From: Candidatus Fermentithermobacillaceae bacterium UBA3951
Lineage (GTDB): Bacteria; Bacillota; Sulfobacillia; Fermentithermobacillales; Fermentithermobacillaceae
DNA length: 58,351 bases
NCBI GenBank assembly: GCA_002385465.1
Contig: DGDN01000111.1
Location: forward strand, 12,601 to 70,951
Reading direction: 5' to 3'
A model generated the notes under the pieces. The model made no database searches, was not told the DNA's origin, and saw only the letters and a list, made by a program, of their open reading frames with translations. The translations under genes were made by a program, and so were the position numbers. Shown here piece after piece: positions 46,265 through 55,014 of this stretch; position 1 is the first letter of the stretch; every line of letters starts with the position of its first letter.

Positions 46265-47097
46265 GTAGAGAGATCGACCTCTCGTCTATCGAGGTGATCG
46301 CCCTCATTGGGCCCAGCGGCACGGGGAAGTCCCACCATGCCATGACCGTGGCTCAGGAGAAGTCATGCGATGCCATCATCGACGACGGTCTTCTGATCTC
46401 GGGTTCTCGCATCGTGGCAGGGCGGTCGGCGAAGAGAGAGGAAACAAAGACGGCCGCAATCAGGAGAGCCATTTTCTCCGCCGCAGGCCATGCCCTGGAA
46501 GTTAGGGAGGGACTCATGGCAATCGCCCCCCGGCGGGTACTTATCCTGGGCACATCTCAGACCATGGTGGACCGGATCATCTCGAGGCTCGGGTTGTCCA
46601 TGCCCCTCGAGCACCTCCATATCACCGACTTCGCAACGGGCGAAGAGATCGACCGTGCCCTCTGGCATCGAAAGCAGGAAGGGAAGCATGTGATACCGGC
46701 TCCCGCCTTTGAGGTCAAAAAGACTTTTTCCGGTTACCTGGTCGACCCGATCCGCGTCTTTACAAGGTCGAGAGAGCGATATGCCGTTCCCGAGCGTTCA
46801 GTAGTGCGGCCTACCTACAGCTATTTCGGCCGGTTCTATATCTACGATTCGGTTGTAATGCAGATAGCCCAGCGTGTGGCCCTTGAAGTGCCGGGGGTCA
46901 AGCGCGTTTTGAAGACCCTTGTGCTCACGGTGAGCGACGGGGCTACCCTCGATGTCGAGCTCGTCTTGGAGCGCGGCGTGAAGGTGTTTCACGTGATGGC
47001 CGCTGTGCAGCGGCGCCTCAAAGACAGGGTTGAGTACCTCACCGGGATCTACCTGCAAAGGGTAGATGTCTCCACCAAGAAGATTGGGCTGGAATAA
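46237..47097 (+). CDS. Fusion of an N-terminal P-loop NTPase and a C-terminal Asp23/Gls24-like domain
   Basis: Walker A LIGPSGTGKS at aa 23-32. C-terminal about 100 aa: YIYDSVVMQIAQRVALEVPGVKRV...LDVELVLERGVKVFHVMAAVQRRLKDRVEYLTGIYLQRVDV fits the Asp23 pattern. GTG start with an AAAGGTGG RBS, overlapping the TPR gene by 28 nt. Confidence 0.7.
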   Translation: MVFPGKEEVSREIDLSSIEVIALIGPSGTGKSHHAMTVAQEKSCDAIIDDGLLISGSRIVAGRSAKREETKTAAIRRAIFSAAGHALEVREGLMAIAPRRVLILGTSQTMVDRIISRLGLSMPLEHLHITDFATGEEIDRALWHRKQEGKHVIPAPAFEVKKTFSGYLVDPIRVFTRSRERYAVPERSVVRPTYSYFGRFYIYDSVVMQIAQRVALEVPGVKRVLKTLVLTVSDGATLDVELVLERGVKVFHVMAAVQRRLKDRVEYLTGIYLQRVDVSTKKIGLE

Positions 47098-47155
47098 AGC
47101 GCCTCCTGCAGGCAATAGAGAGCCCCATGGCTAATAGATCATTGAGGGGGACATC

Positions 47156-48523
47156 ATGAAAACCGGTTACGGACTGGAACTCGTCCAAACCCAGCGATTA
47201 AGCCTTACACCAGAGATGAAGCAGGCGCTTTCGGTTCTCCAGATGAGCGCCGTTGAGCTTCGCGATCTTATTTTGGAGGAGGCCCAGGAAAACCCCCTTA
47301 TTGAAGTCGAGGAAGATTACGCTCAGGAGACTCTTGCCAGTGAAGAAGAGAGTTACGAAGATGAGATCCTCTCCTACTTCCTTGATTCGTCCGAACCGGT
47401 GCCTGACCTCGCAAGGAGCGTGGGTACTCACCAGGGCCGCGCCTATGAACCTTCTTGGACCGAAGGAGGTATGTCCCTCAGAGACTACTTGATGGCCCAG
47501 GTGAGAGTCATGGTGGTGTCAAAGGCCGTGAGGGCCGCCATTCTTGCCATAATCGGGAGTCTCGATGACAATGGCTACCTGAGGGCAGATCTCAACGAGA
47601 TCTCAAGGATTTCGGGACAGAAACCCGAAACGGTTGAAAAAGCTCTCAGGGTGGTGCAGTCCCTAGACCCGGCGGGAGTTGGAGCCCGCAACCTGCGCGA
47701 GTGTCTCCGGCTGCAGGCCAAAGCCATGGGTAAGGCCGGTCTTGTGATGGAGATTATCGAGTCTCACCTCGAAGACCTTGCCCGGGGCAGGTACCGGAAG
47801 ATAGCCAAAGACCAGAGTACGACCGTCGAAGCCGTGCTCTTCGCAAAGAACTCCATCCTTAAACTTAACCCGAAGCCCGGAGCGGCCGTGTCGCCTGGCC
47901 GCGTATCGTTTGTGGTTCCCGAGGTAGCGGTGAGGAAAACAGGGGACGAACTCATAATAGAGTTTAACGATAGTGCCATACCCAGGATCCGTTGGAATAG
48001 ATGTTATGCAGACCTGGTGAGGAGAGGGGACAGAGAAGCCAGACTGTATCTACGACATGAGCTCAAGAAAGCCCGGAACCTTCTAAGATGTATCGAACAG
48101 CGGAAAGCGACCCTCATGCGGGTTATGGAGGCGATCGTAAGCCGCCAAAAAGCCTTTTTCTTCAAAGGGCCCGGGTCGCTGGAGCCGCTTACTCTGAAAG
48201 ATATATCCCAAGAAATCGGCGTGCACGAATCCACGGTGAGCCGGGCTGTCTCAAACAAGTACGTGGATACGACTTATGGCGTACTCCCCGTGAAGACGTT
48301 TTTCAGCCCGAGACTCAAGAAGTCGAAGGTCGCCCTGTCCCAAGACTCGGTGAAATCCAAGATCCTAGAGATTGTGAAGACAGAGGACGTAAGGAATCCC
48401 TTAGGAGACCACGAAATATGTCGGGAGCTCGAGAAATTCGGCATGAAAGTTGCACGGCGTACCGTTTCCAAGTACAGGGCTGAACTAGGCATCATGCCCA
48501 AGAGCAAGAGAAAATCGGTTTAG
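47156..48523 (+). CDS. rpoN: RNA polymerase sigma-54 factor
   Basis: RpoN box ARRTVSKYR, HTH GVHESTVSRAVSNKY, and region I LELVQTQRLSLTPEMKQAL. Confidence 0.93.
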   Translation: MKTGYGLELVQTQRLSLTPEMKQALSVLQMSAVELRDLILEEAQENPLIEVEEDYAQETLASEEESYEDEILSYFLDSSEPVPDLARSVGTHQGRAYEPSWTEGGMSLRDYLMAQVRVMVVSKAVRAAILAIIGSLDDNGYLRADLNEISRISGQKPETVEKALRVVQSLDPAGVGARNLRECLRLQAKAMGKAGLVMEIIESHLEDLARGRYRKIAKDQSTTVEAVLFAKNSILKLNPKPGAAVSPGRVSFVVPEVAVRKTGDELIIEFNDSAIPRIRWNRCYADLVRRGDREARLYLRHELKKARNLLRCIEQRKATLMRVMEAIVSRQKAFFFKGPGSLEPLTLKDISQEIGVHESTVSRAVSNKYVDTTYGVLPVKTFFSPRLKKSKVALSQDSVKSKILEIVKTEDVRNPLGDHEICRELEKFGMKVARRTVSKYRAELGIMPKSKRKSV

Positions 48524-48536
48524 AGCAGCCGGTACA

Positions 48537-48641
48537 ATTGTGTTATCTCACCGTATCTCCCGTTTGTGTTTCCCGTACAGTTTGACTGATTGTGATACTG
48601 AGGACTAGAATTATGTTTGTGCGCTAAGCAATTGTGATAGT
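48537..48641 (+). repeat. Three direct copies of ATTGTG(T/A)TA in the rpoN-rnfC spacer
   Basis: ATTGTGTTA at 48537, ATTGTGATA at 48589 and ATTGTGATA at 48631, spaced 52 and 42 bp. The third copy abuts the -24 element. The first sits in the palindrome ACAATTGT. Confidence 0.5.
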
Positions 48642-48656
48642 GGCAAACCTTTTGCG
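48641..48656 (+). promoter_or_regulatory. Sigma-54 (-24/-12) promoter upstream of rnfC
   Basis: TGGCAAACCTTTTGCG compared with consensus TGGCAC-N5-TTGCW. GG and GC are at the exact canonical spacing, and TGGCA and TTGC are intact. The -12 GC lies 25 nt upstream of the rnfC ATG. Confidence 0.65.
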
Positions 48657-48679
48657 CAATTTTGGGGGATTGAGGTGGG

Positions 48680-50026
48680 ATGGTGGTCAAGGCCAAACGT
48701 GGTTCAGGCGGCGTCGCGGTTCCGGACAAGAAAGAACTGTCCGGCCGCATGCCTATAGAAGACGCTGGTATTCCAGCCGAGCTCACGCTCTTCTTGTCCC
48801 AGCACATCGGAGCACCGTCAAAGCCTCTGGTGAACGCCGGCGACGAGGTGAAGCGTGGGCAGAAGATTGCCGAAGCCCAGGGAGCGGTGAGTGCCTGCCT
48901 ACATGCGCCAACCTCAGGTAAAGTGAAGGCCATAGAACCCCGGTACCAACCTGTCCTTGGACGAGTGGTTGATGCCATTGTGATCGTGCCCGACGGAGAG
49001 CACGCCCTGTACGAGGGGGTAGCGCCCGTAGGGGATGATCTTCAGGCCATCAGCCAGGAAAAGGTCCGGGAAGTGGTCAGAGAATCCGGACTGGTAGGCT
49101 TGGGCGGCGCGGCGTTTCCAACCGCAGTCAAGCTGGAGCATCCTCCGGGAAAGAAGATAGACACTTACCTATTGAACGGGGTTGAGTGTGAACCGTACTT
49201 GACGGCAGACCAAAAACTTATGGAAGAGTCTGCTGCCGGTGTGGTTTTCGGTTTCCGGGCTCTCATGAAGGGGGCCGGAGTAGAGAAGGGCATTATCTGC
49301 ATCGAGGACAACAAGCCCGATGCCATAAAGGCTATGGAAGAAGCCTCAAAGCCTTATCCCGAGCTCGAGGTCGCGGTTTTGTCTCACCGCTATCCTCGGG
49401 GTGGCGAAAAGCAGCTCATTGAGGCCGTTCTGGGTAGAGAGGTTCCTCCACCTCCGGGGCTTCCGCTTGACGTGGGGGTTATCGTATCCAACGTGGGTAC
49501 AGCATATGCGCTGGCGACGGCTCTTAAGACCGGGCTTCCGCTGGTCGAGCGAATAGTGTCGGTGACCGGAGAAGGTGTGGCCCGTCCGGCCAACCTTCGA
49601 GCTCTCATCGGCACGCCCGTATCGTACCTTATTGATAGGGTAGGCGGGTTTTCGTCCAGCCCGGGGAAAGTCATCCTGGGAGGCCCGATGATGGGCGTGT
49701 CTATTCGGGATACCGAGGTTTCCATTGTCAAGGGGACTTCGGGAGTCTTGGTGCTTCCTAGAGAAGCAGTTGAGACCGAGCCTGTACTGCCGTGCATTAG
49801 GTGCGGGAAGTGTGTTGAAGCGTGTCCGATTAGGCTCCTGCCGGTCTGGATAGCTGCTTACGCCGAGAACGACTTTATGGAAGATGCAGAGAAGATGCGC
49901 GCTATGGACTGCATCGAGTGCGGCGCCTGTTCCTACGTATGCCCGTCCAGGAGGCCGCTCACACAGTCAATCAGGCTGGCTAAAGCACACATTGCGGCCA
50001 AGAGGCGCGCCGCCGCCAAGAAATAG
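48680..50026 (+). CDS. rnfC: Rnf complex subunit C (NADH-binding, 2x[4Fe-4S])
   Basis: GGVAVPDKKE...LSQHIGAPSKPLV N-terminus. CIRCGKCVEACP and CIECGACSYVCP ferredoxin motifs. Confidence 0.92.
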   Translation: MVVKAKRGSGGVAVPDKKELSGRMPIEDAGIPAELTLFLSQHIGAPSKPLVNAGDEVKRGQKIAEAQGAVSACLHAPTSGKVKAIEPRYQPVLGRVVDAIVIVPDGEHALYEGVAPVGDDLQAISQEKVREVVRESGLVGLGGAAFPTAVKLEHPPGKKIDTYLLNGVECEPYLTADQKLMEESAAGVVFGFRALMKGAGVEKGIICIEDNKPDAIKAMEEASKPYPELEVAVLSHRYPRGGEKQLIEAVLGREVPPPPGLPLDVGVIVSNVGTAYALATALKTGLPLVERIVSVTGEGVARPANLRALIGTPVSYLIDRVGGFSSSPGKVILGGPMMGVSIRDTEVSIVKGTSGVLVLPREAVETEPVLPCIRCGKCVEACPIRLLPVWIAAYAENDFMEDAEKMRAMDCIECGACSYVCPSRRPLTQSIRLAKAHIAAKRRAAAKK

Positions 50027-50056
50027 CGGGACCTAAGAGGAGACGGAGGGAAAGGC

Positions 50057-51040
50057 ATGGCAGACAAACTCTTGATCACATCATCGCCCCACATAAGGGC
50101 GGCGAAGACCGTTAGAGGCATTATGCTCGATGTCGTCATCGCTCTGGTCCCGGCCTCTGTGGCGGCTGTGGTCTTTTTCGGGATAAAGGCCTTGAGCGTA
50201 CTTGCTGCTTCGACGATATCGGCGGTCTTGGCCGAGTACCTGTACGAGAAGGCCGTAAGAAGGCCTGTGACCGTCGGGGACTTTTCCGCTGCGGTAACGG
50301 GCCTGCTTTTGGGCCTCACGTTGCCGCCTGCGGTGCCGCTTTATGTGCCCGTTGTGGGGTCGGTATTTGCCATAGTAGTGGCTAAACAGGTGTTTGGCGG
50401 TTTGGGTACAAACTTCGTAAACCCAGCCCTGGCAGGCAGGGCGTTTGTGCTGGCGGCATGGCCGCTTCACATGACGAGTGCTTGGCTGAACCCACTTACA
50501 ATGGACGCGGCGACGGGTGCCACCCCTCTTCACGCGTTCAAAGGCGGCCAGGCTGCAGGATCTTTGGTCGACCTTCTCATCGGCAACAGGCTGGGGTCCT
50601 TGGGTGAGACCAGCGCAATTGCCATTATTCTCGGCGGAGCATACCTCCTCATGAGGGGAGTCATCGATTACCGCATTCCCGTAGCCTACCTCGGGACGCT
50701 TGGGTTCGGTGTTTTCATTTTCGGAAAACCCGGCGCTCTCTTCCAGGGCGATCCGCTCAGGGGGATTCTCCTCGGAGGCGCGCTCTTGGGCGCGTTCTTC
50801 ATGGCTACCGACTACGTAACGTCGCCCGTTACGCCCAGGGGACGGACCTATATGGGCATAGGTGCGGGGCTTATCACACTGCTCATAAGGTACTGGGGGG
50901 ATTACCCGGAAGGCGTGACTTACGCCATCCTCCTTATGAACCTGGCGACTCCCCTAATCGACAAGTTCGTGGTCCCGAAGTACTACGGGTATGCCCACGA
51001 CGCCCTGGCAAGGCGTAAGGCAAAAGAAGGCGGGAGGTGA
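50057..51040 (+). CDS. rnfD: Rnf complex subunit D
   Basis: SSPHIR N-terminus, polytopic, with DAATGATPL matching the Dxx(S/T)GAT flavinylation motif. Confidence 0.92.
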   Translation: MADKLLITSSPHIRAAKTVRGIMLDVVIALVPASVAAVVFFGIKALSVLAASTISAVLAEYLYEKAVRRPVTVGDFSAAVTGLLLGLTLPPAVPLYVPVVGSVFAIVVAKQVFGGLGTNFVNPALAGRAFVLAAWPLHMTSAWLNPLTMDAATGATPLHAFKGGQAAGSLVDLLIGNRLGSLGETSAIAIILGGAYLLMRGVIDYRIPVAYLGTLGFGVFIFGKPGALFQGDPLRGILLGGALLGAFFMATDYVTSPVTPRGRTYMGIGAGLITLLIRYWGDYPEGVTYAILLMNLATPLIDKFVVPKYYGYAHDALARRKAKEGGR

Positions 51041-51046
51041 GCTTTC

Positions 51047-51682
51047 GTGAACAAGAGATCTCTCATTGGTGAGTTCACCAAGGGTTTGATAGAGGAAAAC
51101 GCCACGTTCAAGATGGCCATCGGGCTGTGCCCGACGTTGGCGGTTACCACATCTCTGGTTAACGGTTTTTGGATGGGGGTTGCGGTCGTCTTCGTCTTGA
51201 CCTTCTCGAACGTGTTCGTGTCGATCTTGCGGAAGGTCACGCCTGACCAGATCAGGATACCGGTCTTCGTCATCCTGATAGCTACTCCGGTGGTTATCGT
51301 TGAGCTCGTGATGAAAGCCTACCTTCCGGCCATGTACCAGATCCTGGGCATCTTCGTCTCGCTCATAGTAGTGAACTGTATTGTGATCGCCCGGGCAGAA
51401 GCTTTTGCGTATAAGAACTCACTCTTGCGCTCGGCTTTCGACGGCCTCGGCATAGGAGCCGGCTTTATGATCGACCTCATGCTCATAGGGGCGGTTAGGG
51501 AATTTCTGGGTACCGGAACGATTACCGTTGGTTCGGTCGTGCTCCCTCCCAAGCCACTGTTTGAGCCTATGTCGGTCATGCTGACGCCGCCCGGAGGGTT
51601 TATCACCTTGGGCGTGCTTATGACAGTGCTCAACATCGTGTTCCAACGCGCGGCGGCCAAGAAGGCCAAGACAGTTTCGTAG
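51047..51682 (+). CDS. rnfE: Rnf complex subunit E
   Basis: GLCPTLAVTTS and IRIPVFVILIA signatures. GTG start after GGGAGGTG, only 6 nt after the rnfD stop. Confidence 0.9.
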   Translation: MNKRSLIGEFTKGLIEENATFKMAIGLCPTLAVTTSLVNGFWMGVAVVFVLTFSNVFVSILRKVTPDQIRIPVFVILIATPVVIVELVMKAYLPAMYQILGIFVSLIVVNCIVIARAEAFAYKNSLLRSAFDGLGIGAGFMIDLMLIGAVREFLGTGTITVGSVVLPPKPLFEPMSVMLTPPGGFITLGVLMTVLNIVFQRAAAKKAKTVS

Positions 51683-51714
51683 TCAAGGCGTTTAAGCAGG
51701 ACGGAGGGATTTAA

Positions 51715-52302
51715 GTGCAGTTCATTTCGATACTGTTGGCGGGAGTGCTCACCTCCAACTTCATATTCATGCAGTACCTCGGCCTGTGCGCCTTTGTCGG
51801 GATTTCAGAACAGTTCGAGACCGCCATAGGCATGTCGGGGGCAGTCATATTCGTAATGACGTTCGCTTCCACCGTGGCCGCTTTGTTTGAGCAGTTTGTG
51901 TTGGTACCGTTTGGACTAGAGTACCTGAGGACCATTGCCTACATCCTGGTCATCGCGACCTTTGTGCAGCTCGTCGAGATCTTCCTAAAGAAGACCGCGC
52001 CTTCTTTGTACAAGGCGCTTGGAATCTACCTGCCGCTCATAACCACCAACTGTGCGGTACTGGGAGCGGCCATGCTTAACGTGAAGAACAACTACGGTAT
52101 CCTGTGGGGTACGGTGAACGGCCTCGCAGGGGCTTTGGGATGGAGTTTGGCAATCGTGATTTTTGCCGGGATCCGCGAGCGGTGGAAGTTCATTGACATC
52201 CCCGAAGTGCTCAAAGGCTTCCCGCTGGCTCTAATATCGACCGGCCTTATGTCCCTCGGGTTCCTGGGTTTCTCGGGACTCTTCAAGACTTTGCTCAAGT
52301 AG
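51715..52302 (+). CDS. rnfA: Rnf complex subunit A
   Basis: SNFIFMQYLGLCAFVG and LGIYLPLITTNCAVLG signatures. Confidence 0.9.
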   Translation: MQFISILLAGVLTSNFIFMQYLGLCAFVGISEQFETAIGMSGAVIFVMTFASTVAALFEQFVLVPFGLEYLRTIAYILVIATFVQLVEIFLKKTAPSLYKALGIYLPLITTNCAVLGAAMLNVKNNYGILWGTVNGLAGALGWSLAIVIFAGIRERWKFIDIPEVLKGFPLALISTGLMSLGFLGFSGLFKTLLK

Positions 52303-52314
52303 GGGGGAGACGAG

Positions 52315-53124
52315 ATGGTAAGCGCGATAATATCGCTCGGGCTGTCCGGCCTGGTCATTGGGGTCCTTTTGGCCGTGGCTGCCCAGAAGTTCAAGGTTGA
52401 GACAGATCCAAAGGTAGCCGAGATCATCTCGGTGCTCCCCGGAGCCAACTGCGGAGGATGTGGGTTTCCGGGCTGTGCCGCTCTGGCAGAGGCGATTGCC
52501 GAGGGCAAGGCCGATGTGAACGCCTGTGTTGTTGGTGGGAAGAGCGTTGCCGAGCTGGTCGCGAGAATAATGGGAGTGGCGGCAGACGACATCGAGCCGT
52601 CTGTGGCCGTTGTGTACTGCCAGGGTAATTGCGAGAACGCGGTAGTGGAGGCAGAGTACGACGGCGTGGAGGACTGCCATGCCCTGCACGCTCTTGGAGG
52701 TACCAAGAAGTGCTCGTACAGCTGCCTTGGCCTTGGCTCTTGTGTGAAAGCGTGCGTTTTCGACGCTATCCATATGGGAGAAGACGGGATACCCGTTGTC
52801 GACAGAGAGAAGTGCACCGGGTGCGGTGCTTGCGCCAAGGCCTGTCCCAGGGGGATCATTGAGATCATCCCTGCGTCCAAGAAGGTCCACATCCTGTGCA
52901 GGTCATATGACAAGGGGCCGGTCACGCGCAAGAACTGCAAGGTAGGTTGCATCGCGTGCCAGGCATGCGTGAGGGCTTGCCCGCAGAAGACGATCTTCAT
53001 GGACCGCGGAACCCTCGCCAAGATCGATTACACGAACTGCGATAACTGCGGCATTTGCGTAACCAAGTGCCCGGTCAGGACCATAAAGTCCTACGAAAAG
53101 AAGGCGGAAGCCGCGGCTTCCTAG
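52315..53124 (+). CDS. rnfB: Rnf complex subunit B (polyferredoxin)
   Basis: N-terminal TM helix, the GANCGGCGFPGC cluster, then several CxxCxxCxxxCP motifs. Confidence 0.9.
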   Translation: MVSAIISLGLSGLVIGVLLAVAAQKFKVETDPKVAEIISVLPGANCGGCGFPGCAALAEAIAEGKADVNACVVGGKSVAELVARIMGVAADDIEPSVAVVYCQGNCENAVVEAEYDGVEDCHALHALGGTKKCSYSCLGLGSCVKACVFDAIHMGEDGIPVVDREKCTGCGACAKACPRGIIEIIPASKKVHILCRSYDKGPVTRKNCKVGCIACQACVRACPQKTIFMDRGTLAKIDYTNCDNCGICVTKCPVRTIKSYEKKAEAAAS

Positions 53125-53147
53125 TACCGGATGCGGTTTTTTTGAGT

Positions 53148-53190
53148 CCCGCCGCCCTGATGGAGTTTGAGAGGGGCGGCGATTTTTTTG
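53148..53190 (+). terminator. Intrinsic terminator after rnfB
   Basis: Stem CGCCGCCC/GGGCGGCG with a loop of about 16 nt, followed by ATTTTTTTG. An additional palindrome GGAAGCCGCGGCTTCC sits at 53107-53122. Confidence 0.65.
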
Positions 53191-53367
53191 TGGAACAGCC
53201 GTATGTTTTCCCCCGTCTACTTGAACGGTGCCTTTTCGACAATTGTGCCCGAGCTCTTGTGGTCACATTGCGCTTAACATAAAATTGCCGGTAAGACCCG
53301 AAGTTTTGTGTGAATCAAGAAGTAACGACTGGGCAACCATATTGGTATAATCTGGGAGGACACGGGT

Positions 53368-53613
53368 ATGAAAAGAGGGAGACACACCTGGACCATAATC
53401 TTTGCGCTGGTCATAGGCGCGATTGTAGGCACCATACTCGAAGGAGTCCTGTCCGGAGTGGCTCCGGTCCTTGCGAAAGGGTTTAACATAGGGGTGAACC
53501 CGCCCTTTACCATTGATCTGAACGCGGTCACGTTCACCTTCGGGTTTACTCTCCGCCTGAACTTGGCAGGCGGTCTCGTGGCTCTACTCCTTGTCCTCCT
53601 CCTTGGGCGGTGA
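53368..53613 (+). CDS. Small membrane protein (DUF4321-like)
   Basis: 81 aa with two hydrophobic helices. Its position directly upstream of maf is as I recall for DUF4321 in Clostridia. GGGAGG RBS. Confidence 0.6.
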   Translation: MKRGRHTWTIIFALVIGAIVGTILEGVLSGVAPVLAKGFNIGVNPPFTIDLNAVTFTFGFTLRLNLAGGLVALLLVLLLGR

Positions 53614-53619
53614 TGTTCT

Positions 53620-54210
53620 TTGCGGCTGATACTGGCTTCCGAATCTCCCAGGAGAAAGGCGCTTTTGGAGGGGGCAGGCATTGTCCCGGTGGTTGTTCCG
53701 TCAAACGCCACTGAAACCGTGAACCGGGAAGGGCTCGAGCCTCAAGAACTGGTGAAACTCCTATCCCGCAGGAAAATCGACACTGTGTCTAGGCTCATGC
53801 CCGATGATTTCGTCTTGGGGGCCGACACCATTGTCTACATAGATGGGACTATCTTGGGTAAGCCCGAGAGCGCGGAAGATGCCCGGGGGATGCTCCGCAA
53901 AATTGCAGGGAAGACCCACGTGGTGTACACCGGGGTGGCCCTCTGGGACCCCAGAGGAAAAAGAGTACTGGACGACTTCGATAAGACCGAGGTCACGATG
54001 AGCCCGCTTACGGAGGAAGAGATCGACTGGTACGTATCCACCGGTGAACCCATGGATAAGGCGGGGAGCTATGCGCTCCAAGGGATAGGCGGCATGTTCG
54101 TTGTGAGAGTAAACGGCGACTTCTCCAGTGTCATAGGGCTCCCTCTGCCTAAGGTATACAGGCTCTTAAGGCTCGCGGGAGTCGAACTGGAGGAGCTCTT
54201 GTCGGTCTAG
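53620..54210 (+). CDS. maf: Maf-family nucleoside triphosphate pyrophosphatase
   Basis: LILASESPRRKALL N-terminus and DKAGSYALQG motif. TTG start. Confidence 0.9.
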   Translation: MRLILASESPRRKALLEGAGIVPVVVPSNATETVNREGLEPQELVKLLSRRKIDTVSRLMPDDFVLGADTIVYIDGTILGKPESAEDARGMLRKIAGKTHVVYTGVALWDPRGKRVLDDFDKTEVTMSPLTEEEIDWYVSTGEPMDKAGSYALQGIGGMFVVRVNGDFSSVIGLPLPKVYRLLRLAGVELEELLSV

Positions 54211-54234
54211 AGTGTCTGAAACGGGATTCGGGGC

Positions 54235-54984
54235 TTGCGAAGGGCCGGTAAGGAGGAGTCCCAGATATCCCGAGAACGTTTGACAATCAAAGATTGGCCC
54301 TCGCAGGATAAGCCGAGGGAACGCCTCTTTCGGATGGGGGCAGAAGCCCTCTCGGACGCAGAGCTCCTGGCCATACTCCTCGGGACCGGCAATTCAGAGG
54401 AAACGGCCATGGATATCTCCCGGAGGATGCTGGCTCTGTCCGAAGAAAAATACGGTACAAGTCTAGGTTTCTTGAATGGGTTATCCCTTGACGAGCTTAG
54501 AGGTTTGACCGGAATAGGACCCGCCAAAGTCGCCAGGCTTAAGGCGGGGGTGGAGCTTGGAAGGAGGCTTTACCGGACTGTAAAGCCTGAAGGGAAGCCC
54601 TTTGCGGTGAGGTGCGGCAGGGATGTTTATGAGTACGTAAGGACCGATCTCACGGAATATGATCGTGAGTGTTTCGCGGTCATACTCCTTAACACCAGGA
54701 ATCAGGTGGTCAGCAAAGAAGTAGAATCGATAGGCAGTCTCGACACTGCGCTGGTCCATCCAAGAGAGATATTCAAGAACGCCATACGCAGGAACGCCGC
54801 ATCGATGGTATTGGTGCATAACCACCCGAGCGGCGATCCTTCCCCAAGTGACGATGACGTTGAGATAACAAAGAGGCTGGTCGAGGCTGGGAAGGTCCTG
54901 GGCATAACGGTTTTTGATCATGTGATTGTGTCGAGATCGTCGTTCGTAAGCCTTAGAGAGATATGCCCCGGCTGGTTCTTGTAG
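54235..54984 (+). CDS. radC: RadC-family JAMM protein
   Basis: LSDAELLAILLGTG and VHNHPSGDPSPSDDD (JAMM). The start is uncertain (TTG 54235 or TTG 54280). Confidence 0.88.
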   Translation: MRRAGKEESQISRERLTIKDWPSQDKPRERLFRMGAEALSDAELLAILLGTGNSEETAMDISRRMLALSEEKYGTSLGFLNGLSLDELRGLTGIGPAKVARLKAGVELGRRLYRTVKPEGKPFAVRCGRDVYEYVRTDLTEYDRECFAVILLNTRNQVVSKEVESIGSLDTALVHPREIFKNAIRRNAASMVLVHNHPSGDPSPSDDDVEITKRLVEAGKVLGITVFDHVIVSRSSFVSLREICPGWFL

Positions 54985-55014
54985 GACTTGAGACGAAAAG
55001 GGAGAGTGGATACG

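Noticed and set aside
53343-53351. Extended -10 element TGGTATAAT upstream of the DUF4321-maf-radC-mre cluster
   Set aside because: It is a good -10 match, but there is no convincing -35. The predicted TSS would fall inside or after the GGGAGG RBS (53354-53359) of the first gene, so it cannot be the promoter for that start as annotated.
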